A stretch of 64,000 bases of DNA from an uncultured Gemmatimonadota bacterium (GTDB lineage: Bacteria > JAAXHH01 > JABIQT01): positions 30,731 to 94,730 of the forward strand of contig CAYYIS010000008.1 in the NCBI GenBank assembly GCA_964470965.1. The letters run 5' to 3'. Shown piece by piece: positions 28,782 to 38,089 of this stretch; within the stretch, counting starts at the first letter, position 1; each line of letters opens with the position of its first letter. A model generated the notes under the pieces. That model did no database searches, had not been told where the DNA came from, and saw only the letters and a program-made list of their open reading frames with translations. A program made the position numbers and the translations under genes.

Positions 28782-29828
28782 TTAAAATTCCTTGAAATAC
28801 CTCCGTAAAAACGGCCAGGCGCCATCCTTGTAGTACCGATGACCGCCCTCGCCTATATACATCATACAATCATTTTCGGCACCGGCGATTCTATATATAT
28901 TTTTTAAACGGGCAAAGGCATATTTCACCTGTTCAATCGGAAAAATGGGGTCCGTGCGGCCGGCTATAGCCATAAAAGGCCGGGGGGCTATTAATCCGGC
29001 GACGTCATACATCTCGCCAAAGCGCAGGATACCGGGCACATAGTTGCACTCGCAATGGGAAATCGTGCCTATACTGCCCTCGAAGGTGCAGAAGTAGCTT
29101 CCGGGAATGGCAACGGCTATGCGGGGTTCGCATGCGGCGGTAAACAGAGAGACGGTGCCGCCGCCGGAGTTTCCTGTGATGGCGATACGGTCCGTATCGA
29201 TATGCCCATGCACCGCGGCCCACTCAATCAGGCACTTCATGTCCCACACACGCTCACCGATGGGCGTGCGGCCTGCGAGTAGTCCGTAAACCAGCTGGTC
29301 ACGGCAGGAATTCATTTCCCCATCTTCTTTTGCCTTCGACGTCCTGGTTTCCCCGAATGCCCTTGTGGTGGGAGCGATGGCGACAAAACCCTCGCGGACC
29401 GCCTGGACCGCGATGTCCCTCTCCCCTTCTTCAATATGGGCTGCTTCCTCGTCATCATGGGCAATGCCCACATAAATATGCGGGTGGTTGTGTCCGTGCG
29501 GTATCAGAATCAGAGGCGCTTTGTCGACAAGAGCCTTGGGACGGAGCATGTAGAACGGTAGCGGAACAGTCGGTTCTACCCAGATGTGCCATTCCTCCCT
29601 GGTATAGTCTCCCATGTCGACGGTATGCCTCCTTTCCGCTGTCGGCTGGTGACCCCTGAGATCCATATGGATGTTATCGAGACCGAGGATATTCCTCAGT
29701 CGCGCCCGGAACGCCGTCTGCCAGTGAGAAAATTCTTCCGGTGACTCCGCCTTGAATCGAAATACCGGCTCGAAGGCGTGGTAAGTCGATTTAAAATGTT
29801 CAGATGCATCGTACATAGAAGCCCTCAC
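28782..29828 (-). CDS. Alpha/beta-hydrolase-fold esterase (dienelactone-hydrolase / acetylxylan-esterase-like)
   Basis: 348 aa. Nucleophile elbow 'ITGNSGGG' and downstream acidic/His residues. Sits inside a carbohydrate-catabolism gene string. Confidence 0.55.
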   Translation of the reverse strand: MRASMYDASEHFKSTYHAFEPVFRFKAESPEEFSHWQTAFRARLRNILGLDNIHMDLRGHQPTAERRHTVDMGDYTREEWHIWVEPTVPLPFYMLRPKALVDKAPLILIPHGHNHPHIYVGIAHDDEEAAHIEEGERDIAVQAVREGFVAIAPTTRAFGETRTSKAKEDGEMNSCRDQLVYGLLAGRTPIGERVWDMKCLIEWAAVHGHIDTDRIAITGNSGGGTVSLFTAACEPRIAVAIPGSYFCTFEGSIGTISHCECNYVPGILRFGEMYDVAGLIAPRPFMAIAGRTDPIFPIEQVKYAFARLKNIYRIAGAENDCMMYIGEGGHRYYKDGAWPFLRRYFKEF

Positions 29829-30030
29829 GGGTAATCAGTGGGAACCGCGTCTTCATCAAATCCGTCCGCGGCCTTTCTTGCCGTTCCCTCATTCCGTCCC
29901 TCGGCCAGCGTTTACATCAGGCCTTCAACCGGTCGTGCTGTAAACCCGGCCTGAGATCGCATCGTCTCATTTTCTGTACATCCCGGGAATACTTGGGTTA
30001 GAGCCTGCGTCTCTTGCGGGACACGATGTC

Positions 30031-31305
30031 TCAATAGAGGAGTCCCCTGAAATCCTTAACGGTGTGAAACGTGATTAAATTGCCGTCGTGGGCATCTGCG
30101 GCGCGTTCGTCACCTGATCGGCTCAGAATATGAAGGTCGGCGCCATCGATGACCATACTGGCATAATGCCGTGCCTGACGAGGTGACGGACTGTGAGTCA
30201 CAAGACCAGCGAAACACCAGTCTACCATGTTGGTTGAAAAATGAAGCTGCAACCGGTGACGTTCGTTGTTGGGCAGGTTATAACGTTCCGCGGGCAGCCG
30301 ATCCGCCCGCGTCATACTGTCGGTAGCCTGGGTACTGAGCAGCCAGTAAAGCTGTGTAGGTTCGTCATACAGAACATGAAATTTCATCTGCCCGCCCGGA
30401 CAGGGCACGTACAGTATGGTTTTACCTGAGGGGACGATCTCCAGCATGGTGGTCATGCCGCCGTCCTCCTGTTCTGTTACTTTCGCGATCGCGGCGTAAC
30501 CCGTACCACCTGTGTGGGCACGCATCCAGAGATGGAATGTCTTTCCCATCGGATCAAACCAGTAGTGAGACGGATCGACAAACTGTACCACGTTGGTCTC
30601 AAGCCACCCCATCGGTGCGCATGCCCTGCCTGTTGCCTGCACGGCTCCCTTGGGGTACGGGGCATCGAAAAACGGGACGCCGAAGAAATCGGTCACGGGA
30701 ATAGTCTCCGCCTGCGGCATCACTTCACGGAATGAGAGCTCCGAGGCGAACGTCCAATTGTCCCGTTCGAGAAGATTCTCATCAACACGTCCCCGCATGA
30801 GCACAGGTGCCAGCTCGCCCACATACCAGGTCTCCGTATCGAAGGTCATACGGCGTTCCATGACAAGGTAAACGGAATCGTTTGCAAAATGTACATTGCA
30901 GGGTGCCTGATGCCAGAATTGCCCCTGGGTAAGCGCTACAGGCTCCGACCAGGTTTTGCCGTGATCATCCGAACGCATAATCATCAGGTCTCCCGCATGC
31001 CCCAGAACGTAGACGGCGTCCCCTGCGACAAACGGTCTTGCGTGCATGAAGGGAAAATCAGACCGGTGTTTCCATGTATTCCCGTGGTCGTCCGATGTAA
31101 ACACTTTTCCCTGCCAAGCCCACTGGCGCTCTCCGCTCTCATACTTGGGTCCCGGCATATCTGCCACGGCAGGCCCGCCCAGATCTATAGACGCTATGAG
31201 ACGCCCGTTCCGGCAACGTGCGATTCCGGGACTGTAACAGTGAAGGCCTTCATAGTCGGGGGAGGTGTAAAGAACGGTATATTCTTGAGCCAAAGGACGG
31301 GGCAT
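30031..31305 (-). CDS. BNR/Asp-box repeat glycoside hydrolase, sialidase-like
   Basis: 424 aa. Two clear Asp-box repeats (TSDDHGNTW, RSDDHGKTW). Confidence 0.6.
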   Translation of the reverse strand: MPRPLAQEYTVLYTSPDYEGLHCYSPGIARCRNGRLIASIDLGGPAVADMPGPKYESGERQWAWQGKVFTSDDHGNTWKHRSDFPFMHARPFVAGDAVYVLGHAGDLMIMRSDDHGKTWSEPVALTQGQFWHQAPCNVHFANDSVYLVMERRMTFDTETWYVGELAPVLMRGRVDENLLERDNWTFASELSFREVMPQAETIPVTDFFGVPFFDAPYPKGAVQATGRACAPMGWLETNVVQFVDPSHYWFDPMGKTFHLWMRAHTGGTGYAAIAKVTEQEDGGMTTMLEIVPSGKTILYVPCPGGQMKFHVLYDEPTQLYWLLSTQATDSMTRADRLPAERYNLPNNERHRLQLHFSTNMVDWCFAGLVTHSPSPRQARHYASMVIDGADLHILSRSGDERAADAHDGNLITFHTVKDFRGLLY

Positions 31306-31740
31306 GGACTCTCTTATTTAAAAAGGCCCTTCATACTGGAAGTGCCCAGAGGAAATTGTTAAATTACCGTTGAAATGTGTTTGTGGAATATCTTCCACTC
31401 ATCATTCGATTCTGTCAGGACATACGTGGCAGATGAGGCTTCAGGTTCAGGAATCTTCCCATATGCTTCGTCGGAAAGATCGCCGGTGCACCAAAATGTT
31501 GCTGCACCAATCGAATCGGTCTACGCCCATTCCTTCAAATTCACGCACCTTCAGGTCTCTTCTTGCATTGAAGCACCTGACGTTCCGGCACACCGCAAAA
31601 CTGTGTTCATCGTTCCGGATCGGTACATCCAGGAACGAGAAAAATTTGGGCGAAACGGTTCTTTTCTCGGCCCCACGGTTCCGGGAAGGAATCAGGTTTC
31701 GGTCACGTCTACCACACGCTCGCCCCCCATCCTTCACCTC

Positions 31741-32571
31741 TCATCCTTCCAATGGCTCCTCGTCGTTGAACACCTGCGTCCGCTTCATTACGCGTCGTTC
31801 CGTGTCGGGAAACGGTTCCCGACGGTGCATGGTAGGCCGGTTGTCCCACATGACAAGGTCGCCGACCTGCCAATGATGTGTCCACTCGAATTGAGGCTGC
31901 GACTGATGTGCGATCAGGGTATCGAGTAATTCCCTACTTTCGTTTTCGCTGAGACCGACGACGTATTTGGTCAGATGCGGCCCCACATACAGCGAACTTC
32001 TGCCGGTGTCAGGGTGTGTGCGCACCACAGGATGGTCAACTGGATAAGGCGGGTTCTGTTCCTCCACATAATGACGGTGCACCGCCCGCAAACCCTTCAA
32101 TCGTCTTTTCATCTCATCGTCGAGCGCCTCGTATGCGGCATAGCAGTTACACCACTGGGTGGCGCCGCCGACCATTGGAATCTCAACCGCGTACAGCACC
32201 GATATGGTGCCGGGTTTGGGCATGTATGAGAGGTCTGAATGAAAGCTAATTTCCTCATTGCCGAGGGCACCGATCGGCTCCCCATTCTCCTTCAGGTTGG
32301 AGATAATAAAGATTTCCTTCACACGCCGATCCCGTTGCTTACGGACATGTTGTACAGGCTTACCGAAATAGGAGGTGAATCGCACCTGATCCTCATCGGT
32401 AATCGTCTGATTTCGAAAATAGATCACACAGTGATCCTGCAATGCCTGTCGAACAATATTGACTTCCCGGGAAGAGAGTGGCAAACTCAGATCCAGTCCG
32501 GTTATTTCCACGCCCAGGGCGCCGCCGGTTGGGTGAACCTGCATGTGATCGTGCTTGTTCATGGTTGACAT
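31741..32571 (-). CDS. TauD/TfdA-family Fe(II)/2-oxoglutarate dioxygenase
   Basis: 'WHSDLSYMPKPGTISVLYAVEIP...GGATQWCN' and C-terminal 'MHRREPF' are typical TauD motifs. Start chosen at the ATG preceded by GAGGAG at 6 nt spacing. Confidence 0.7.
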   Translation of the reverse strand: MSTMNKHDHMQVHPTGGALGVEITGLDLSLPLSSREVNIVRQALQDHCVIYFRNQTITDEDQVRFTSYFGKPVQHVRKQRDRRVKEIFIISNLKENGEPIGALGNEEISFHSDLSYMPKPGTISVLYAVEIPMVGGATQWCNCYAAYEALDDEMKRRLKGLRAVHRHYVEEQNPPYPVDHPVVRTHPDTGRSSLYVGPHLTKYVVGLSENESRELLDTLIAHQSQPQFEWTHHWQVGDLVMWDNRPTMHRREPFPDTERRVMKRTQVFNDEEPLEG

Positions 32572-32581
32572 GAACCGCTCC

Positions 32582-33394
32582 TCAACGGTAGGTGAGTTTC
32601 GGTTCCTCACCGAGCATTTTTACACCACTTACCATTATGCTGTTGTTGGATTCATAGGCCGCTTTACCGATCGGACGGGTGGCAGGTGAATGGTATCCGA
32701 TGCGTACGGACTTTCGCCACTGGTCGGTGCGGTTTACATCGGACCAGTGGATCAGGTAATAACTGAAAAAGACGACGTCGCCGGGGTGGGCGGGAACCGC
32801 AACGGTATCCACCTTGTCAGGATGATACGTATCCGGCGGGAGATAGGGCCGGGTATGTTCGCCTGTAATATGTTCGAGGGGCCCTCTGCAATGACTTCCA
32901 GGCACCACCTGAAGGCATCCGCTTTCATGGGGTGTTTCATCCAGGTGTATCAGGCAATCCACGAAATCAGGTCCATCATGGGGGTAAAACGGATAGTCCT
33001 GGTGCATAGGAAACGGCGTACCTTTCTCCGGCGGTTTGGCATGAAGGACCGTGTGATGCCACTGCACATCGTCACCGAGCAGGGCCCGAAGAGATGCTAC
33101 CAGGCCCGGATGGAATATCACACGACTCCACGCGGCGGAATACATATGCGGATTGGATATCAACACAGCCTTTGTCTTATACCGTTCATTCTCCTCCAGA
33201 TAAACATCCCGCCACGGCCCGCGCCATCCGATGCTGTCTTCCCCCCACCATTCCTCGATCAGCCACTTCATCTCTCGGTTGAGTTCATCAACATCGGCAG
33301 GCGGCACCAACCCTTCAACCTTCACATAACCGTCCCGCTGATACAATGCAACCTGCTGCTGCGACAACATGTAATTATGCCTTTTCAGCAACAA
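32582..33394 (-). CDS. Phytanoyl-CoA dioxygenase (PhyH) family oxygenase
   Basis: 270 aa. 'FPMHQDYPFYPHDGPDFVDCLIHLDETPHESGCLQVVPGSH'. An alternative start at 33370 would remove the 20-nt overlap with the upstream gene. Confidence 0.7.
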   Translation of the reverse strand: MLLKRHNYMLSQQQVALYQRDGYVKVEGLVPPADVDELNREMKWLIEEWWGEDSIGWRGPWRDVYLEENERYKTKAVLISNPHMYSAAWSRVIFHPGLVASLRALLGDDVQWHHTVLHAKPPEKGTPFPMHQDYPFYPHDGPDFVDCLIHLDETPHESGCLQVVPGSHCRGPLEHITGEHTRPYLPPDTYHPDKVDTVAVPAHPGDVVFFSYYLIHWSDVNRTDQWRKSVRIGYHSPATRPIGKAAYESNNSIMVSGVKMLGEEPKLTYR

Positions 33395-34151
33395 TTGTAT
33401 TCTTCAACACCCCAATACCGCTGATCTCCACCTCTACATTGTCTCCCGGAGCAACAGGTCCCACTCCCGCGGGTGTTCCGGTATAAATCACATCACCGGG
33501 CAGGAGTGTGATCGCATCTGAGATATATTCGATCAGACGCGCGACCGGAAAAATCAGATCGGAGGTGCTGGTATTCTGACGAACTTCGCCATTGAGCCTG
33601 GTTGTAAGTTCCAGGTCCGTGGGATCAAGATCCGTGGCGATATAGGGGCCCATAGGTTTAAAGGTGTCGAACCCCTTGCCCATCAGCACACATCCCTGGC
33701 TCATCTCCTGGCGCTGTATCACCCGCTCTGAGATGTCATTGCCGCACGTATAACCCAGGACATGGTCAAGTGCATTAGCCGCAGACACATCCTTCGCCTC
33801 TTTGCCGATGACCACGACGAGCTCCCCTTCGTATTCAATATGTTGGCCCTGTAAGGGATACACAACGTCATCGCCCTGACCCACCACCGTAGTCCACGGC
33901 AGCATGAAGAGCATCGGTATGGGCGGCGGCTCTTTGCCGCCTTCCGCAGCGTGGGCTGCATAGTTGAGCCCTACGCCTATCAATCTGGGCCGAGGCACCG
34001 GCGCCAGCACGCGCACATCTGCCAGATTTGTTGTTACCCCGTCGGTTTCGATGCCGTCAAAGGGTGAACCGGCAAGCTGCTGTATGGCCCCGTTCTCTTC
34101 CAATGTACCGTATCGGGTTTCGTTATTGCGCTGATAACGTAAGATTTTCAT
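33375..34151 (-). CDS. Fumarylacetoacetate hydrolase (FAH) family protein (2-keto-4-pentenoate hydratase / oxaloacetate-decarboxylase-like)
   Basis: 258 aa. 'GVGLNYAAHAAE', 'EGELVVVIGK' and 'GDVIYTGTPAGVG' FAH-fold motifs. Confidence 0.75.
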   Translation of the reverse strand: MKILRYQRNNETRYGTLEENGAIQQLAGSPFDGIETDGVTTNLADVRVLAPVPRPRLIGVGLNYAAHAAEGGKEPPPIPMLFMLPWTTVVGQGDDVVYPLQGQHIEYEGELVVVIGKEAKDVSAANALDHVLGYTCGNDISERVIQRQEMSQGCVLMGKGFDTFKPMGPYIATDLDPTDLELTTRLNGEVRQNTSTSDLIFPVARLIEYISDAITLLPGDVIYTGTPAGVGPVAPGDNVEVEISGIGVLKNTIVAEKA

Positions 34152-34279
34152 GGGTAAACTCCTTAATTAATACTGCCTCTCCGTCGCAAACAAAAGTCAC
34201 TATGGGCCTGTTGGCGCTTTACGAATTGCTGTTTCCAATCAGTCGAAAATATCGCCACTTCGATCCGGATGACATTGAG

Positions 34280-35191
34280 TTAAGATACAAACTCTTTATA
34301 TCGATCGTCAATTCCGGCCGTTCCTGCGTCACCGTCGTGTAACACAATACGGATGGTCTGATCCGTATGGTCATTCGGGGAAATCGAAGACCCTCTTGTT
34401 CCGAAGGGATTGATGGTCATCGTGCCGTAATCAGCGACCTGCCATGGATAGGGATCTACGTCCGGCGGCTGAAAAACAGCAATACCCGCCGTATGACCCG
34501 GTATGACCGGCCCCGAACAATCGATCCATCCGGCCTTTTTCCCGGTGATCTCTGCAGCCCCAGTCCGCCCTTTAGCATCCGAATAAACTGCACCCTGACT
34601 ACTGCGCAGCGTCTCGACCATTCGGACACCAAAGTAGGCATGTCGCGCCGGCCCTATAGTCAAGTCCCACTCCGTGGCCATAAGCCGGGAGCTGACATCT
34701 ATTACGTGAGCCATCCTGTCCGGATAAATATCGATGGTGCGCAATTCATGAGCCAGTACACGCCCATCCGGCGCCGCCCATTCGGGAGGTCCCTGCCAGT
34801 GAAGTTTCTGCCGCAATCGAAGGTGGGTATCAGATACGATGTTATGATCGATTGCCACGGAAACGATTCGCCCCGGCGCCCTTCCCTGGAACGTCTCATT
34901 TACATAAAAGTTATATACGGCATCTTCAAATGAGTCAACCGAAAACGGCAGTCGGCAATGTACACGATCCGCAGCCACCCAGATGGCATTGTGATGGGGG
35001 TGGTCCGGCGGTGATTCCGCTGTGAGAGCAAATCCCGCCGGCGAATAGACGGGGTGCAAATATGACCGAAACGCGCCTTGGGTAAGAGACACCACTGATC
35101 GGCCATTCCACGTAATGTTCAGGCGATGGCCTTTTGCACATGCGCCTCGCGGCAGATCAAAGATATCTGGAGTGATGTTGAATGCGGTCAT
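34280..35191 (-). CDS. PmoA-like (DUF6807) family protein, function unknown
   Basis: 303 aa. This family commonly co-occurs with Gfo/Idh/MocA oxidoreductases. Called from overall resemblance and gene context only. Confidence 0.35.
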   Translation of the reverse strand: MTAFNITPDIFDLPRGACAKGHRLNITWNGRSVVSLTQGAFRSYLHPVYSPAGFALTAESPPDHPHHNAIWVAADRVHCRLPFSVDSFEDAVYNFYVNETFQGRAPGRIVSVAIDHNIVSDTHLRLRQKLHWQGPPEWAAPDGRVLAHELRTIDIYPDRMAHVIDVSSRLMATEWDLTIGPARHAYFGVRMVETLRSSQGAVYSDAKGRTGAAEITGKKAGWIDCSGPVIPGHTAGIAVFQPPDVDPYPWQVADYGTMTINPFGTRGSSISPNDHTDQTIRIVLHDGDAGTAGIDDRYKEFVS

Positions 35192-35194
35192 ATG

Positions 35195-36217
35195 TTAGAC
35201 TATATCCACTGGCTGACCATTTGTACCCGATTCATAGGCCGCACGTACGATTCCCAGGACGTGGCGAGCAGCACGGGGTTGTACCGGCACCTCGGTCTGA
35301 TTTACTATAGCATCGATAAATGTACACAACAACGCAGGAAAGCCCGCTTCGTCGTGACCTTCCGGTTCGACGTCCACCAGAGACCAGACGCCCGATTCCT
35401 CCTGCCAGACAGATACCTGCAGTTCACCACCGAGTCGGATCTGACCACGCGTTCCGTAAATCTCCTCGACCCGAACACCTCCTCCTGGTGCGCACCAGCC
35501 TACCTGTACGGAAGATGTCGCACCGTTCTCATGTTCAATTAACAACAGAGCGGTGTCTTCCACGTCGATGTCCTGCACGTATCTCCCGATACGGGCGTAT
35601 ACACGCTTCGCAGGGGATTGAAGATGATCGACCGCGCAGTAAATCTGGTGGTAGCCGTTATCGATCAGCGGTCCGCCGCCACCGGCAGAGGCAGATGTTC
35701 GCCAGTGTTGATCCACACCCCGACCTACCACATGCCGGGAGCTGAACCCTTCATTACGGATGAGAAAAATATCACCTATACTTCCGTCAGATACACAACC
35801 GGCGATCGCACGATGCACCGGTCTGAACAACTGGTTATGGCTGACCGTCAGACGTCGGCCGGTTTCTTCCGAAACTGCTATGATACGATCAGCTTCTTCC
35901 ACAGATGTGGCAATCGGCTTCTCAACCAGTACATCGGTCCCCGCCTGCATCGACGCGATAGCCTGTGATTCATGCAAGTGGTGAGGTGTACAGATATGAA
36001 CCAGATCCAGGGATTCCTTCTCCAACATGGACTCGTAATCGCTATAACGATGTGCCTGCGGGACTCCGTATTGATCGCCGATCAAGGCAAGCCGGTCCTC
36101 CGATACATCGGAAATAGCTGATACGACCACACGATCATTAAGGCCTGACAACACAGGAAGGTGACGTCGTTCGGCGATTCCGCCACATCCGATGACACCG
36201 ACCCGGAGCATTGTCAA
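35195..36217 (-). CDS. Gfo/Idh/MocA-family oxidoreductase
   Basis: 340 aa. 'LRVGVIGCGGIAERRH' and 'EKPIATSVEEADRI'. The start overlaps the upstream stop (ATGA). Confidence 0.8.
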   Translation of the reverse strand: MTMLRVGVIGCGGIAERRHLPVLSGLNDRVVVSAISDVSEDRLALIGDQYGVPQAHRYSDYESMLEKESLDLVHICTPHHLHESQAIASMQAGTDVLVEKPIATSVEEADRIIAVSEETGRRLTVSHNQLFRPVHRAIAGCVSDGSIGDIFLIRNEGFSSRHVVGRGVDQHWRTSASAGGGGPLIDNGYHQIYCAVDHLQSPAKRVYARIGRYVQDIDVEDTALLLIEHENGATSSVQVGWCAPGGGVRVEEIYGTRGQIRLGGELQVSVWQEESGVWSLVDVEPEGHDEAGFPALLCTFIDAIVNQTEVPVQPRAARHVLGIVRAAYESGTNGQPVDIV

Positions 36218-37059
36218 TCCCTTCCTACGCCTGCCGAAATAAAAGCGTGCTGGAGCGATTCATATGAAATTTCTGCAGCCTTGACACAATCGTAATCGGC
36301 GCGCCCCCAGACGCGGGCGCTTACCTCCAGTGTTATGTAACCGTTCCATCCCCCTTGTTGCATGGCCTTGACATATTCAGTGGCATCCAGATCACCATCA
36401 CCCAAAAGCAGTAGATCGAAGGAACCGTCCGGGTGTTTTCGGGCATCTGTGATGTGGGTATGGGCGGTGATCGGCAGGAGACGGCGTACCGCTTCGGATT
36501 CGTTTTCACCGGAGAGGTAAAAATGTACGATATCGAAATGCAGACGGGCACAGGGACTGTCCACGGCATTAATCAACCATAACGCACGGTCCGATCGGTC
36601 GACAGAGGCGCCGCAGTGGGCCTCACCTGCCAGGACGAATCCTTCTTGGACCCCCAGCGCGGCAAAATCTCTGAACCGGGACACCACACGACCCCGCACA
36701 TAATCCCACTGGTCGGTTTTGCCTCCGATCCCCATGGCGAGCACAGGCGCATCTGCCATTCCGAGATCCCGGGCAAGCTGGATCGTTCGGCGGGTGTGTT
36801 CCAGATTTCGTTGATGTTCGCTATCGTCTTCGTGAAAGATTTGCCCTGTCATGAACAGCGCGGGGATGCCCATGCCATGTTCCCTCAGCATATCCCGAAT
36901 TCTCTTCCTGCGTTCCGAATTAATTTCGGCCGGCATGGAGCCTATGTGCCTGGGGCTGAGACAGATCTCGATACCGTCGTAGCCAATCTCCGCCAGCAAT
37001 GGAATCACGTCCTCCAACGGTGATTCGGGCATGGCATAGGTACCAAAAGCAATTTTCAT
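36214..37059 (-). CDS. Sugar phosphate isomerase/epimerase (xylose isomerase-like TIM barrel)
   Basis: 281 aa. 'GYDGIEICL' and 'HTHITDA' motifs of the AP-endonuclease-2 / xylose-isomerase-like TIM barrel. Confidence 0.7.
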   Translation of the reverse strand: MKIAFGTYAMPESPLEDVIPLLAEIGYDGIEICLSPRHIGSMPAEINSERRKRIRDMLREHGMGIPALFMTGQIFHEDDSEHQRNLEHTRRTIQLARDLGMADAPVLAMGIGGKTDQWDYVRGRVVSRFRDFAALGVQEGFVLAGEAHCGASVDRSDRALWLINAVDSPCARLHFDIVHFYLSGENESEAVRRLLPITAHTHITDARKHPDGSFDLLLLGDGDLDATEYVKAMQQGGWNGYITLEVSARVWGRADYDCVKAAEISYESLQHAFISAGVGRD

Positions 37060-38066
37060 GCAGCGGCCGCCTCCGCCTTTGCACGATCTACATGCGCCTT
37101 CATGTAGGCGATGGAATAAGCGGTTCCTACACGGCCATCCTCCGTCATCGAAGGGATGTGATCCGGAATCAACACACCGTCGAAATCGACTTCCTGGAGA
37201 ACCTTGGTGGCGTTGTACATGTCAAAATACCCGTTGTCTATGAATGTCTCAATGAAATGCGGTAACGGCTGGTCCACATTGCGGTAGTGGATTTTGAACA
37301 GTTTTCCCCGTTCTCCGAAATACCGCAGAGACTCTTCCACACCTTTCCCCATGAGAGGACCGCCTTCAAGCCAGCAACCGATACAGAAGCAGATCCCTAC
37401 GTTCGGACTGTCCGCTATATCCATGGCCCGGGCGTATCCTTCATAGCTGCTGAAAATGCATCGGGGCACTCCTCCCAATTCTGGCTGGGGAGGATCATCG
37501 GGGTGGATACCTATGCGGACACCAGCTTCCTCTGCCACCGGTGCTGCTTGTTTGATGAAATATGTATAGTTCGCCCATATCTCATCTTCGCTGTAGTTCC
37601 GGCCATGGGTAAGGGGCATATTGAATATGCGGCCGCCCCAGTGTCCTTCTGTCGCATTCGCCAGATCGAACCCTCGAGCGCTTGCGCCGCCGCGCGTTGT
37701 CTCACGATCGGTGCTCCAGATACCGTTCCCCATATGGGCATAAGTTGTGTACGGGATACCGGCCTTGCCGAGATCACGGATATAACGTTTGTACTGTTCA
37801 ACTTTATCATCCCTGTTGGAAAGGTTCAGCACGATTCCGTCCTGGTTATGCACATCACTGTTACCGAAACCGTAGATCTTAATGCCCGCGTTCTCGTAGA
37901 TTTCCCGTGAGCGCATGAAATAATCGTAGTTGGCATTTATGCCGTCAGTCCACAGGCAAACGTATTCGATGCCCATCTGCTGTGCGAACTGCAGATCTTC
38001 CGGGGTTGGCTCTGGCGACATCTGACCGGCAACTTTCATTCCGGGTTCTAAAGACATGAGGGACAT
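37056..38066 (-). CDS. uxuA: Mannonate dehydratase
   Basis: 336 aa. 'FIKQAAPVAEEAGVRIGIHPDDPPQP' and 'IPDHIPSM' align with E. coli UxuA ([23 protein letters not shown] ... IPMRPDHGHQM). Confidence 0.75.
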   Translation of the reverse strand: MSLMSLEPGMKVAGQMSPEPTPEDLQFAQQMGIEYVCLWTDGINANYDYFMRSREIYENAGIKIYGFGNSDVHNQDGIVLNLSNRDDKVEQYKRYIRDLGKAGIPYTTYAHMGNGIWSTDRETTRGGASARGFDLANATEGHWGGRIFNMPLTHGRNYSEDEIWANYTYFIKQAAPVAEEAGVRIGIHPDDPPQPELGGVPRCIFSSYEGYARAMDIADSPNVGICFCIGCWLEGGPLMGKGVEESLRYFGERGKLFKIHYRNVDQPLPHFIETFIDNGYFDMYNATKVLQEVDFDGVLIPDHIPSMTEDGRVGTAYSIAYMKAHVDRAKAEAAAA

Positions 38067-38089
38067 AGTGAAATCTCCATTTTTTGAGG

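Noticed and set aside
31370-31929. Two overlapping plus-strand ORFs (168 and 184 aa) in the TauD/BNR-hydrolase gap
   Set aside because: They are on the opposite strand to the whole operon and mutually overlapping, with Ser/Arg-rich composition and no motifs.
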